Assembly: GCF_964194155.1 (NCBI RefSeq)
Contig: NC_135887.1
Coordinates: 18,228,001-18,292,000, forward strand
Origin: Cetorhinus maximus
Taxonomy: Eukaryota
Direction of reading: 5' to 3'
Length of the DNA stretch: 64,000 nucleotides
The notes beneath the pieces were generated by a model that worked only from the letters and a program-made list of their open reading frames with translations, was not told the origin of the DNA and did no database searches. The first letter of the stretch is position 1. Each line of letters starts with the position of its first letter. Positions 24,408 through 38,665 of this stretch are shown here, in pieces. Position numbers and translations under genes: made by a program.

Positions 24408-25475
24408 CTGTTTAATAGAAAAATCAGCATCACCAGTAGAAAGTAAAGGGAAGCAGTATTGCAAGACCAAATAACAAAATTAAGCATTTTGTGCTTTAAC
24501 ATTTGAGTCAGGAAAAGTAATGCTGTCATCACACTATATGGGCTTGCACTATATTCATTGGCCCATTTGCCCTGTCAATAAGTCAATAATTGTAAAGTCT
24601 GTTCTCCCCATATTTACCAAGCACACATTTCTTAGTAATAACATCAGCACATGAAACTATGCAATAATCTACTCAAAGCAGTCAGCATAGGCCTATGGGA
24701 CTGGGGCTTCTGCTCTTGGCATTAATGGTTTTCTGTAGATTCCACATGGGAAGGTTGGCTCTACAGCATAGAACTGTCTACAATTTGGTTCAAATTACCA
24801 AGCTTGTCTGGAAATATCTTAAGCTTAAGGGCGGATGATGTGAAAAGTAGGAAAAATTCAGCTTCTCAAATCAGAGTTGCAGCATGTTACTGAAGCTGTA
24901 GAGAGGGTTTTCACTGTGTGTGCAACAAGTGCTATGACAGATACATTAGTGTTCTGCGATGCCACAATGTCCAAAATGGAAGTGTTCAATTTCTTAGCTC
25001 CAACACCCTAGCCAATTTCAAAGAAATAAGTTGCTTAAAAGAATAATGCTATGACAAAGCAGTGGTACAATCCTCCTCACATGGAATAAGTAGTGTATAA
25101 TCCCAAACTCATTTCACAGTGCTGAACTAAATCTCAAAACAAAAGTAACAGCAGAAATCTCTCAAAATATGGTCACCAAAAATTCCCTTCTTGAAATATA
25201 ATCTTTCACTTTTGACAATTCAGACTAAATTCTATAAACTGCGTAACGGTCCTAGACACAATCCTTCTAAAATTGATAACAGAAGCTGTTATCAATCGCA
25301 GTATTGAAACAGGAGGTGGTAAAGCATTATGGCCACATTTTCCAGAAGCTATAATGCACAATAGGCATATTCCCACTTGGGAAAAGTTTTACACCTCACG
25401 GAAGCCCACAAAACGTCTATATCTAAAAAGAAACTGAAGTAAATTTGACCCAAGGTTAAATAGGTAGACACTCAC

Positions 25476-25534
25476 TTAGGCACTAAAGACTTGTTTTTCT
25501 CATAGAAGAGCCTTAAATCTTGTGGACTGTTTGC
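25476..25534 (-). CDS. ULK2: ULK2 exon 9 (59 nt): ANSPQDLRLFYEKNKSLVP
   Basis: gtag|GCAAAC...GCCTAA|gtgagt, ends in phase 2. Confidence 0.95.
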
Positions 25535-26559
25535 CTACAACAGAAAGACATTTTAAATGCAAATTAGATGCTGGTTCAATTACTCAAGAGAACAATAACC
25601 ATTAAGAAATTGCCCTGGTGGGTGTAAGCATTCAGTAATATGCCACATATTTCAAATTCTATTTTCTAAAACACTGAACTGTTGAGCGGACATTGCAAAG
25701 ATAGCTATAGTCATTTGTTCAGTGAACGTGACCTAATTCTGATGTCATAATAAGCTGGTGAATGTTAATCAGCTTAATACTGCAGGAGTGTGAAAATAAA
25801 AAGCAGTATTATTCCCTTTTTTCTACTTTTTTTGTCTGCATGGCTTGGCAGTAATATTCAACTCTTCCAACCAATCCTGAAGGATTTATCCATCGTGGAC
25901 ATGCACATTCCTAAAAGTATCGCATACAATCCAAGTTATCCAGGATTCAAAATTAAAGATGGATTTTAGAATAAATTGCTTTCATCTTAGAAGAAAAAGC
26001 TCTCAAGGAAGAGGAAATTTGAGAAATCAAGGTTAAAATAAGCATGCGTACTAACTCTATTAAAATATTATTCCTGCTCTCAATCCCTTTAAGACATTCC
26101 CAGCTAATGAACTCCATGTGTAAGGTTGATTGCCAAAAATTTAAGATCAACTTGTTTACCTACCAACTTGGTAACTGTAATGTTAACAAGATGACTTTCA
26201 ACATATTTTACCTCTACCACCCCCACTGCAAACACTCGTTTCTCACAGGACAAAGCCTTGTGTGAGGTGTCACATCATTACATGTTTATTCATGTAGATA
26301 CACAAAGCTACACAATGTGTTTTTGTCTTTGTACCCAAGCCTACCATATTGCTGTACCATACGTACAAGTGTAAAACTTGGGTACTCTTGATTAGCTGAT
26401 ATCCATTAACCCCAAATTGATGGGAGGGGATCCTTTTTATCATGGCAGATAATGGGATTTCTACAGCACCTCAGACAAACTACTATACCATTTGAAAAAA
26501 AACTGTCTCAGGAGATTCAAAGGTACATCCTATAAAAGCATCTTTCTCTCAATATCTAC

Positions 26560-26661
26560 CTGGAAAGGAGGCTTGCCAACAAGACACTGAAATATTACAG
26601 TGCCTATACTCCAGAGGTCTGCCTTGGCATCATAATGTTGCGACATGATGACCTCGGGTGC
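26560..26661 (-). CDS. ULK2: ULK2 exon 8 (102 nt): [34 protein letters not shown]
   Basis: tcag|GCACCC...TTCCAG|gtagat. Confidence 0.97.
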
Positions 26662-27384
26662 CTGAAACAAAAGAAATATCAATAGTACAATGGAGGGAAA
26701 GGCCATTAAATCTTACTACAGTCCTCATTCTAGCATTAATCACAAATTCTCTTAAATGCGTGGTGCATTTTCACAATTCCAAATTATTTTATCACCAATA
26801 TAATAAAGAAAACATTTTCCTTCTTGAAGTAACTGCAGATTCCCCTTTGGCTTCTTGATTGATCAATCCAATTTTGCACCATCTATCACCTGCTTAACAG
26901 ACACCTATCAGGTGCCCAAATTGCTAAAAAAGAAACTGATGAATTTGTACACTTACCATAACTATCACTTCTGTATTTCCCTCATGATCCAGGAGCAACA
27001 CTATTTTGCACTATACTATGTAATGCAGAACTCTCAACACATGAGTGAAGACAAATAACGCACAGTTGTACTGCAGATATGGCTTGAACCCACTAAACCG
27101 GCTCCCACCCTCCCCCTTTCAAATTTCAGGAATGGTGAGGAAAAAAAAACAAATAAATGCAACAAATAGATGTATCAAAATCCCTTAAACGCACTATCCC
27201 AACAAAAAAAATTCCTTCAGAAGTTACATTCAAACCCAAAAACACAATCCTCACCACAGCACTCGCCAGCTATTTGCCCTCCATCTCCAAATTTCCTCAG
27301 TCCCAGTTAAGCGGTTAATGCTGAGCCAATTAAGTCTTTTTAAAAAAATGTCTTGCTGAATATCTTGCTGTAATTCTCAGTCCC

Positions 27385-27600
27385 AGCAGAATGGTTACTG
27401 CACAGAAGGAGGCCATTCACCCCATCCTGTTCAGATAATTATCCAATTCCCTTTTGAAAACCATAATTCAATCTGCCTCCACCACACTCTCAGACAATGC
27501 ATCCCAAATCCGAACCATTCACTGCGTAAAAAAGGCTTCCCTTCATGCTGCATTTGGATCTTTTGTCATTTACCTTAAATTGGTGTCCTCTGGTTCTTCA
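27385..27600 (-). mobile_element. CR1 LINE 3' fragment
   Basis: cacagaaggaggccattc ... tctgcctccaccacactctcag resembles 5103-5300. Confidence 0.7.
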
Positions 27601-28292
27601 TATTACATTTAAGCTCATAGGCCCAATTGAATTATGTGGTAATCTCTGCACACAACAAGAAGTCAAAAAGTCCACACACAATCCCAAAAGTAACTTCATA
27701 CAGATTGTACCTCATCGACTCCTGTTTCTCCCTCCCCCTCCTCCCTATCATAACCCCAGTAAAACAGGTTATACAATTGCACCAGGGAGAGTAGATTATA
27801 TGACAGAGTAGGGCACTAAGGAAAACTGACAGATGCTGTCAAAATGCAGCATTGTAATGGATTTCTACTGATCAAGTTGAATTTGTTGGTTATATATTTA
27901 TCCGTCCTCATTCTCTTGCTCTAAGTGTCTACATACACCACACCATTTTTTAATCAAGAAAGTAGACAGCCAGGCACCGAGATGAGATTCGGATTTGCAT
28001 TGTCTCCTGTATGATGGAAGTAGGTAATTTGCCTCCTCCCATCTACTATAGGTTCTGAGCCACAAATCTGGAACTTAACATCCTGTGTTTAACCAAGTTG
28101 AATTTCCTGCAATCTGGAAGTGTGGATGGTGAGGGGTTGAGACAATACATACAAGTAGTACCATACAAATACAGATTGAAGGAACAAGTACATATAATTA
28201 CTCACTTGTAAAAACACAGTGCTGTACATGATATGCAACATTTTTGAAACAATCTCCACCTCACTTAGCAGACAAGCTGATACATCACTCAC

Positions 28293-28366
28293 CATGTACA
28301 TGGGGGACCCACAAAGAGTGGCAGCCATCATATTACTCTGTAAATACCGGGCAAATCCAAAGTCAG
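28293..28366 (-). CDS. ULK2: ULK2 exon 7 (74 nt): (A)[24 protein letters not shown]
   Basis: gcag|CTGACT...TACATG|gtgagt. DFG motif and activation loop. Confidence 0.97.
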
Positions 28367-29424
28367 CTGCGAGGGAATAGCAAAGAAATGCTTTCAATAA
28401 TTTGATTGAAATATCTGACTAAAGAAAACACACCTAAGGAAATGTGTTTAATTATATAGCTTCTCATCATGTCGAAAAATTTCAAAGCTCTTCCTAAAAG
28501 TGAATCACTGTGAATTACAGTGAATTACTATGTAGTCATATATAGGAGTCATTTTGTACACAGGAAAGACAAAAGCAGTGTGAATAGTAATGAGGAAAAT
28601 ACTAAAGCAGCAGGGAATACTGTAAAGGTTCTTACTGTGTCTCAGTAGTAACTGAAGCAAAGCACCATCATAAAGGTGTAAATTAAAAAAACATAGCTGC
28701 AGTGTAATGAAACCTTCTCAGTAACAGCAGAGGGCCAGATTCAAGAAACTGGAATGAAACAACAAATCTACGTATAAGATGGAAGGTTAAAACTTAATTG
28801 GAGAATGGTTGTAACATGTCTCGGCAATTGACTCAGAAAGGGCACTTTCCACATCAGTTCAGTTCATCGTATTTACTTAGCACATGAAAAAAGGATAAGG
28901 TATATGATCAAAAATACACAAAATGCATATTAATGAAAGAACTTTGTAATTGTTTTTAAACCAGACAGCATCAACAAAATTGTACCTTTAAGGATAATTA
29001 ATCAAACCTATTCAGGAATTAACTAGCTCTTTAAGAAACCAGTCACTTGTTCCTGGACAATGCCAATACAGTCAGCCAGATAAAAGACAAATTTTGAAAA
29101 TCTGAATCTAAAATAATGAAAATACACAACAAACCCAACTGCGTAAACTCTTCGGTCCTGATGTTGTTTTAAGATCTGTGTGACCTGCAACTTGTGTTTA
29201 ATTTGAAATCCTGGAATTACATTGGAGTATTTATTTTAGTTTATGCAGTATGAACTGAATTATTCTGTTTACCACATAATTGCAATAAACCAAGTATGAC
29301 ACTGGCTGCTGGTTAATGAGTGTGATGCCTCTGTTTATATCCCAAGCACAGTCATGCTTGCCTGTCAGCAAAGTTGTAAATAATCTGTACCAGGAATTAC
29401 TCGGCCCAGATAGGAATTCTTGGA

Positions 29425-31385
29425 ACAGCGGCGAAGAGCAGTGGGAAACCAGGGGATTGGGAAGCCTACAAAGACCAACAGAGGACAACTAAAAAAGAAA
29501 TAAGGAGGGAGAAGATTAAATATGAGGGTAAACTAGCCAGTAATATAAAAGAAGATTGCAAGAGTTTTTTTTAGATATATAAAGGGTAAGAGAGAGGCAA
29601 AAGTGGACATTGGGCTGCTGGAAAATGACACTGGAGAAGTAGTAGTGGGGAACAAAGAAATGGCGGAGGAACTGAATAGGTACTTTGCGTCAGTCTTCAC
29701 AGTGGAAGACACGAGTGACATCCCCAAAGTTCAAGAGAGTCGGGGGGCAGTATGGTGGCCATTACCAAGGAGAAGGTGCTAGGAAAACTGAAAGGTCTGA
29801 AGGTGGATAAATCATCTGGACCAGATGGATTACACCCCAGAGTTCTGAAGGAGATAGCTGAAGAGATAGTGGAGGCATTTAGTGGTGATCTTTCAGGAAT
29901 CACTGGAGTCAGGGAGGGTCCCAGAGGACTGGAAAATCGCTAATGTAACCCCCGTGTTTAAGAAGGGAGTGAGGCAAAAGACGGGAAGTTACAGGCCGAT
30001 TAGCCTGACCTCGGTCGTTGGCAAGATTTTAGAGTCCATTATTAAGGATGAGATTTCAGAATACTTGGAAGTGCATGGTAAAATCGGGCAAAGTCAGCAT
30101 GGTTTCATCAAGGGGAGGTCATGCTTGACAAATTTGTTAGAATTCTTTGAGGTAACGAGCAGGTTAGACAAAGGAGAGCTAATGGATGTTTATCTACTTG
30201 GACTTCCAGAAGGCCTTTGACAAGGTGCCACACAGGAGGCTGCCCAGTAAGATAAGAGCCCATGGTGTTTGAGGCTTGGTTCTAGCATGGATAGAAGATT
30301 GGCTGTCTGGCAGGAGGCAGAGAGTGGGGATAAGGGGGTCCTTCTCAGGATGGCGGCCGGTGACTAGTGGAGTTCCGCAGGAGTCAGTGTTGGGACTACA
30401 ACTTTTCACTTTATACATTAATGATCTAGATGAAGGAACTGAAGGCATCCTGGCTAAGTTTGCACAAAGTTTGCATACAAAGATAGGTGGAGGGACAGGT
30501 AGTATTGAGGAGGCGGGGAGGCTGCAGAAGGATTTGGACAGGTTAGGAGAATGGGCATAGAAGTGGCAGTGGAATACAACGTGGGGAAGTGTGAGATCAT
30601 GCACTTTGGTAGGAAGAATAGAGGCATAGACTATTTTCTAAATGGGGAGAGAATTCAGAAATCTGGAGTGCAAAGGGACTTGGGAGTCCTAGTCCAGGAT
30701 TCTCTTAAGGTTAACTTGCAGGTTGACGCGGTAGTTAGGAAGGCAAATGCAATGTTGGCATTTATCTCAAGAGGACTAGAATATAAAAGCAGGGATGTGC
30801 TGCTGGGGCTTGAAAGGCTCTGGTCAGACCACATTTAGAATATTGTGAGCAATTTTGGACCCCGTATCTCAGGAAGGATGTGCTGGCCCTGGAGAGGGTC
30901 CAGAGGAGGTTCACGAGAATGATCCCAGGAATGAAAGGCTTAACATATGAGGAACGTTTGAGGACTCTGGGCCTATACTCAATGGAGTTTAGAAGGATGA
31001 GGGGGGGATCTGATTGAAACTTACAGAATACTGAAAGGCTTGGATAGAATGGACGTGGGGAAGATGTTTCCATTAGTAGGAGAGACTAGGACCAGAGGGC
31101 ACAGCCTCAGAGTAAAGGGAAGACCTTTTAGAACAAAGATGAGGAGAAACTTCTTTAGCCAGAGAGTGGTGAATCTATGGAATTCATTGCCAGAGAAGGC
31201 TGTGGAGGCCAGGTCATTGAGTGTATTTAAGACCGAGATAGATAGGTTCTTGATTGGTAAGGGGATCAAAGGTTGCGGGAAGAAGGTGGGTGAATGGGGT
31301 TGAGAAACTTATCAGCCATGATTGCATGGCGGAGCAGACTCGATGGGCCGATTGGCCTAATTTCTGCTCCTATGTCTTATGGTCT
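29425..31385 (+). mobile_element. 5'-truncated CR1 LINE, RT domain with frameshifts
   Basis: KSSGPDGLHPRVLKE, SYRPISLTS, QHGFIKGRSCLTNLLEFFE, GVPQESVLG, RVVNLWNSLP; CR1 3' UTR. Confidence 0.95.
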
Positions 31386-32203
31386 AACTTCCCAGGAGAA
31401 TGTGTGGTGCAGTAGTAAATAAAAGTCTTGTGCCAAGTTTCTCAGAGAGCTGTTCTAGATTAAACCCATTATGCCACATGAATTACCGACTGCCAAATCA
31501 GATGTCAAGTTGTCATGTGAGAATCTGGACAGTTGTTGGAAAGTTGTTAAACTATCATAGCCAAGCACTTCTGCTGTCACCAGACACCCACACACTTTCC
31601 AGCAAGAGTCACTGGATACCAATCATGAGTGGGATTCCTGCCTATTTTCCCTTTTACATAGGCCAGGAGCAGTGAGGCAAACTGAAGCAATCAGCTGTTG
31701 CTGGTGCCCACTTCCTTTCGTAGAAATTCAAAGTAGGGAAGTGCTTCAAGATGTTTGAGACATGTTGTAAGATACTATTTAATCCTGTCCTCTGACTCAG
31801 CATCAAAAGTAAATTGAACACAAGACTTTGAGCCAGTATAACACTGGACTCTGATTTTTCCGAAGTCCTGGGAGAGTCCACACAATGGCAAGTGATCCAT
31901 TTTTGACCCTCGAATCTAGCAATTCTAGCCATAAAACTCAGGCAACTCCATTCAGCTTAAGCTATTAATTCTTATTTGTTCCTTTGCCCCATCAGATGGT
32001 TGAGCAAGAGCTGTTCCCTCGCTGGAAATACCACAATCTGGTAGAATCAGCAGTTTGAGATGGATGCAGATTAATGGGAACATTTGTGGCAGGACAGTAC
32101 AATCTCCAACTTTTCAAAAGGAGGGGGGGGGGTCAATGCAATCTCTATGTAATGCTCTGCACAAGAATTACTTTACTAAAGAGAACAACAATCTTAGCTC
32201 TAC

Positions 32204-32377
32204 CTATTTTGACACGTATGCCATTCATATTCGATTTTTTACGGCTGACATAAGACAGTAGAATATTCTGTGGTTTCAAATCCCGATGGATTATTCCTTT
32301 GTTGTGAAGGATTCGCATGGCAGCTGCGATCTGCTGGAGAAAGACTCTAATGGTGTCTTCGCTAAGGGTCCCTTTGA
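32204..32377 (-). CDS. ULK2: ULK2 exon 6 (174 nt): (V)[57 protein letters not shown]
   Basis: acag|TCAAAG...AAATAG|gtagag. Catalytic loop HRDLKPQN. Confidence 0.97.
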
Positions 32378-32569
32378 CTGTTCAAAATAAAAAAAAAGTT
32401 ATTTTAAAATCTGGGGCATAATGTTCTTACAAAATCTTCTGATATCAGAGGCTATATGACTGAATGCTATTTCTACAAGTGTAAGCAGTTAACTAGATCT
32501 TTGAAACCAACTAAAAAGAACCAATCTCAAAGTAAAAGTTGCAAATGTAGGAAAACTGAAATTAAAATA

Positions 32570-32740
32570 GGCAATGCTGGAAACACTCAGGTCAGTCTGA
32601 ATCTATACAAAGATCAGTGTTAATGCTTTGGGTGCATTGTCACACAATGGATTTGATGAAGGTTCCACTATCAGAAACGTTAATTTCTCCATTCGCTTCA
32701 TAAATGCTGCCTGCCCTGCTCAATGTTTCCAGCTTTTCAC
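32570..32740. repeat. Head-to-head pair of degraded Penelope-type terminal repeats
   Basis: gctggaaacactcag on the left pairs with ctcaatgtttccagc on the right; central tgatgaagg...gaaacgttaa remnant. Confidence 0.5.
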
Positions 32741-34005
32741 TGACAATGTTGCATCCTGCTCATTTGCAACAAGAAATGCACTTCATGCAGGGCAACACCA
32801 AGGAGGTCCGTTTACCCTTCTGCAAGGAACATTTGGGCAGATCCAAACATCAAAACACTCCTGACAATCAATATAATTGCAAAGTTATGGAAAGAACATC
32901 TTTACTTCTCTGAAATTAGACTTCCACATGAAAAACTTCTTTGACCCCCACAACACAATTGCAACATTTTGATTATGCACCATCCTGAATGACAAGACGT
33001 TCAGTTCCAATATTGATGCAAGGTAATCAAATCAATTTCTGATTTAAAGCACAAGATCAGTTATAAAGAGCAAGATACATCCAGTGAAGACAATATGTTA
33101 TTTTCCAGCTAAAGGTTTGAAGAAGTGGGAAGTCATGCATTAATTATCCTGTGGCTTAATTTCAGCTTTAAGCATTCCACTGTTGTGGCATTTTCTAAGT
33201 ACCAGTTTTTCCAATACTCCGACTGCAACCTAGAATTCAATCCATTGAAATCCAAATGGGCTTTCTCAAAATGTTTTGGGTCATTAAGATTATACATCAG
33301 CACAATAATTACTGTTAAACAATTATAATACAAATATTTTCAGAGTATTCAACTTTTCCTCAATCCCCTTAATTTCATGAAATTTCTGCACTGGCTGTTT
33401 TGCTGCAGATTCAGTTTAATCTACAGTAGCAGAGATCATACCCTGAACTGCCAACTCTGTAATAAAGTGGAGTAAATATTAATTATGCAGCATGAACAAT
33501 AATGCAAAACTGAACAAATACTTTCTGTTCTGCAAATATAGCTAGACACTTGAAACATTAGAATCCAACAATGCGTGTGCTTTAAATTGCAGCTGATCAA
33601 TGCAATGGTGTACAACTGACTCCAACTTGAATTGTTCCAACATAAGCAGCTCTGCTCACTTTAAGCTGCGCTGAATCCTGTTACCAGTAGCAAGACAGGG
33701 AGAACAGAATATGTTTCAAACAAACTTAAAGTGCAATACAGATGGGAAAGGCATATGTGAACCGAAAATGACAGAATTTCAAAGTTACTGATATCCTGCG
33801 GTTTCAAATTTTCAATTTACAACTCCAAAGTCTCATTATACAAGCAGATGTATTTAAGTAGGGAAGTGCTGAATTTGACCCCTTTCATACTGATGAGGTC
33901 AGCAGTTACTTGTGCATCAGAGTCTTGAATACTAATCCTTTGAACAATATCCAATTCTAAGAGCTAAAGCTCGCATCAGTTGTAATAAAGAACATTTTAA
34001 CTTAC

Positions 34006-34042
34006 CTTGCAGATAATCTGCCAGGTCACCTCCATTGCAGTA
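34006..34042 (-). CDS. ULK2: ULK2 exon 5 (37 nt): YCNGGDLADYLQ
   Basis: atag|TACTGC...TGCAAG|gtaagt. Kinase hinge. Confidence 0.96.
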
Positions 34043-35759
34043 CTATGAAGTGGAAGGAAAAAATATCAGCACAATATGTTCAAGCTTAAAATTAAAATAC
34101 CAAGTATATTGGACAGTGTCCCTCGTTAAAGGAAATAATTTTTTTGTGCATCATCTCCCAAATCTACCCAAGAAAATAAAATGAGCATAATTACAGACTA
34201 CCCATTTACTTCACTGATCACATTTACCCAGAAACTGTCTCAAAGCTCTGCATGTGATGTAGTCTCTAAATATTCAGCATGCTGCATCCCTGTCCTTTGG
34301 TCTGAAGAATAGACAGCATAGTTGTGTGGCAAAAATGAGTATAATTCATGAAAGATATGAATGATGCAAGGTAATGGACCAAAGGTGAAGGTAGAACAAA
34401 GCTATACTTCCAGCTTACCCTGACAAATGTAATGATGTTGGGTGGCAGTATTTGAATATCTTTAGTTCAGCAAATAGTTAAAGCATAAAAATGCAATTCC
34501 AAATAGAAAGCACTGCCGAACGTAGATTAAGTATCAGTGCAATTAAATATTACAACTGTACAAATACCGAGGGCCAAAAACATGTAACGGTTCTGCATAT
34601 CTGGAAACCGACTGCAATTTGTAACAGATTACTCGGATAATAAAATAAAAGCAAGATTAAGATATCCAAAAAAAAACTTAAAGTTAGCAGTTTATAGCAA
34701 CTCTGCACAAACTAGTCAGTTAATTAACTTTCACCTGGCACTTCCCTAAGCTCAGGCAGTAAGATTGCCCAAATGAAGACGTCAGCAGTCACGGAGGAGT
34801 GAGAACAGCTTAAAGGTTTAGAAAATGTCTTTAAAATCTTTTTGCATTGACCAATGTTCATTTTAAAATTTAGTTGTTGTGCATGGTTCCTTTAAAAATT
34901 TTTGTGTAACCTTGTACACATTTTTTTAAATCACACAATGATACTCATCAGGCTGTGCCACTTAGTGGGAAAATTGTTGACCATGCCAATTAAAACAAAT
35001 CTGATCTTGGAAATTATGAAAAGTCATACTTGAGTAAAACATGAGATCTACAACTAAGTGCCAAGATAACCATCCCTGATTTATTGCATGATGTTCTTGG
35101 TCGTTTCTGCTTATTTAAAATGGATCGGTATATTTCTTAGTCACTACAGAAATAAGGTGTTTGAGCCTGCATACCAATATGAATCTCTCTATTTTCTCCC
35201 CCCCAGCAAAACCATCTGCAGTCAGACGAGCAAGCAGGTGAGTTGCTCCCAGACCTCTGCCAATATTACTGAATCAGGCAATGGCAACACAGTGATTCCC
35301 CTCCTCTGACTCCTGTACCTGCTGCCAGGAGGTACTTGCAATGCAGTGGAGGTCAACAACTCAGCAACATGGATGGAAATGATTCCCGTTTCTCCCTCTG
35401 CTCAGTCAATACAATGTGGTTCTCATATATACCACAACAACAAAGGCACATCATTTTAGAACCACCAACGTCAACAACTATTGGTCAACCAGCTGGCTAA
35501 TCCTTAAAACCCTTAATCGGATGGTTATAATCTTAGATGACAAAATTGGATAACCAGAACAAAGTTGCCAAACATATCCAAGTGGATAACTCATATCCAT
35601 TCAGCATATTGATTGCTGAGGTTGTAGTTATAAGCTTCATCAATTACAAAAGAGCTCTAACTGTAACTGTAAAAACATGAATACTCCATCACGCTGTATG
35701 CTATACCGTCATACAGAATGAACAATATCTGAATAAATAAAAGTATAATTTAAGCTTAC

Positions 35760-35792
35760 CTCCATCACTAAGTGGACAGAGTTTGGAGTCTC
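35760..35792 (-). CDS. ULK2: ULK2 exon 4 (33 nt): ETPNSVHLVME
   Basis: ccag|GAGACT...ATGGAG|gtaagc. Gatekeeper Met-Glu. Confidence 0.95.
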
Positions 35793-37699
35793 CTGGAATG
35801 GAAAAAAATGAATTCGATTATGCACTTCAATTAGAGACTTTTTAAAAAAATAAGAAATCATATCGGAAGGGAAGAAAAATACTGACTTGCCAAGCAGCAT
35901 GGTGCTTGGGAATGCATACTACAGAAAGGCAGCTTACTTCAGTTGAGAAAGTATTTCAGATATGGTGAAAGTTGTGTATTTCTTATGCCAATTCTATAAG
36001 CACTTTTAAGGAATTAAGTTTTAGCGTCAGCAATAATGTCAGAACATCTCATGGCATCTGTTTATAGTTCGACTCGTCCTTGCACATTTATGTTTATTAC
36101 TTTTGGTGTGGCAGGCTGCTGAAAGTGCAAGTTAATAATCTCTCCACCTGTATGTCCTAGCCTCACCATTTGGCCCTGAATGCGTTACTGCTTATTTCCC
36201 ACTCCTTTAATTCCATCATCAGAGGCCAATCTTTGTCAGTCTGCTCACTGGAATTCTCTCCCAAAACTACTTCACCTCCTGCCTTCAAAACTCTTCTAAA
36301 AATCAATTTCCTCTACTCTGTCTTTGTTCTCTTCCTTCCCTTGCTCAGTGTCCATCTGAGGTTGTCAAGTGTTCCAACAGTTTATATGAGAATTGCCATG
36401 TGACTGCCATTGCTTTCACAGAACTCAGTCAAAAGTGTCAATATAAACTGTAGAGAACTATGATCACCTAATCCTCAAAAATGAATGGCAGAATCTGAAG
36501 ATAAAAATAAAATACTTTAGCTAAAATGTTCTTTTTAGATATATAAAATATTTTCAACAGCATTTGCAAAACCAAACTTCTAAAGTATGGTTATCCATTT
36601 ATTTTCCCCCACTAGCAACTATTCAAATCTTGCCACTTTGGCCAATACATTTTCCTTTAGTCAATAAATAAATGCAGACTTCAGTGATATCCAGTCTCAG
36701 AAATAGTCAAAACTCAGGGCTGTCCCAAGGAGTGGTGAAATGCAAGTTGATGTGCCCCATGATACCCCAACTTCAACCATGTCACTTGTCACTAGGGTGG
36801 GCACCAAAACAGGAACGAGAAAAGAGGCAAAACTATGCAATTGCCCTGCCCTAGCTGCTGCTCAACAAATCTTGCTTCTGGACAAAGATAAAATGGTGCA
36901 ATAGACAATGTGGAATAGTTTAATATTAAAGCATCTCAAATATTTAGCCAGAACAACTGTCATCTGGACAGTCTGAATCCTTGCATTTTCTCCTCTGTCT
37001 TCAGATTGGGCCAAGGATAGGGAAAGTTTGCTTTTCCTAAAACAAACTCATTTAAAACTCAAGTGCTCAAATTTGTATTACGTTCATGGTACATAACTTG
37101 TTGTAAAATTAAGTGCTACTAAATTTGCTGTGAAACTTGGTCATATTTACCTTTTTGCACAGCAAGAGCACATTCTTTTCAGATCACAAGCATTAATGGC
37201 TTGCAGTAGAGCCTTACACTGAAAACTGGGCGAAGTACCAACAGCAGCAGCTGGCAACCAACTATAAATATCACTCCCAGCAGCATGCATGCACGTGATT
37301 AGTCAGATGGCAGATTGTGCCAAGCTCTTCCAAATATTGAAACAGAATCCATTCATAGCAATTACCTACATGCAGTACATCTACATTATTCATTTGTATA
37401 TTTATTTAACTTTTTCAAGTGTGTCATCAATTTAAATTCCCATTCACACAATCCCTAATGGATGTGTAAGAAACAACAATAAAATACCTGAACCAATGCT
37501 TCTTGAACAAAATTACAACAAATAAACCAAAACAGATGCTGGGTTTATTGAAATACATGAAGACAAATCAATATACTGAAAACAGTAACAAAAAATAAAG
37601 TTTGCAAAGTCCAAGAGATATTAAGCCAGCTTCAGTTAGGCACAGAAGAATTCCATAAAAATGGAGTTCAATGGAGGGGAGAGGGAAATTCTGCCAGAT

Positions 37700-38665
37700 G
37701 CCAATCATTGCAGGTCAGAAGTCCCTCAGGAAAGCAGCCTTGATCCAACATCCTCAGCTATTTCATCAATGACCTTCCCGCCATCATAAGTTCAGGAATG
37801 GGGCTGTTTGCTGACAATTCCAGTATTCAGTTTCATTCGTAACTGCTCCAAAGTACAGCAACCTACTGCAGGACCTTGCCAACATCCAAACTGCAGCTGA
37901 CAAGTAGTAGGTAACAATTGTGTCACTCAGGTGCCAGGTTATAGCCATAGGAACACAGGATCATCTGAAGCAAGAGGAATGGCAATCAACTTTCCCCAAA
38001 CTTCAATGGAATCACCACTGAGAAATCCTCAACCATCAAAATCTTGGGGTTTGCCAGTGACCAGGAGTTTAAAATAGACCAGTCTAATGCTGTGGCGACA
38101 GTAGAGTAGGGAAGAAACTGGGTCATCAGTGACGAGTAGTTTAACGCCTGACACCTCAAAACTATTTTGTCTAGAACTCTCATCAGGAATGTGATGCAAT
38201 ACTCACCATTTGCCTGATGGGTGCAGCTGCAAAAGTAAGTCAATTCTGCTCAGGGCTAAGCAGTTCACCTGACTGGCTACCTGCCACTGGACTCAATATC
38301 CACCCTCCTCAATTAATAGCACACCGTGGTTGCAGTACATACAATTTTTAGGATGCATTGCACCAACTTACCAAGGTTACTTTAAGAGCACCTCCCTTAC
38401 AACCTCAACCACTGAAAAGGACAAAAACAGGAAGGTGGGAGGAACATCATGAAGCTTCCCTCAATCACACAGCATCCTGACTTAGATATATGCAGCCATC
38501 CTTTCACAGGTGCTGGCTCAATAACTTGAAATTCCTTACCTATTTTCGTTGTGGAAACAGGGAATGCAGCATTTCGTGGAGAATGCCGACCAACACCGTC
38601 TCAATAACATACAATAAAGAATAAATTCAGCCTTGCTAGCTTTGCCCACAATCCTGAATTTTAAA
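37700..38665 (+). mobile_element. Old copy of the CR1/L2-group LINE seen at 9385-10490
   Basis: ctgtttgctgac (FAD), aaccatcaaaatcttgggg, tail aataaattcagccttgctagc...gcccaca. Confidence 0.75.
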
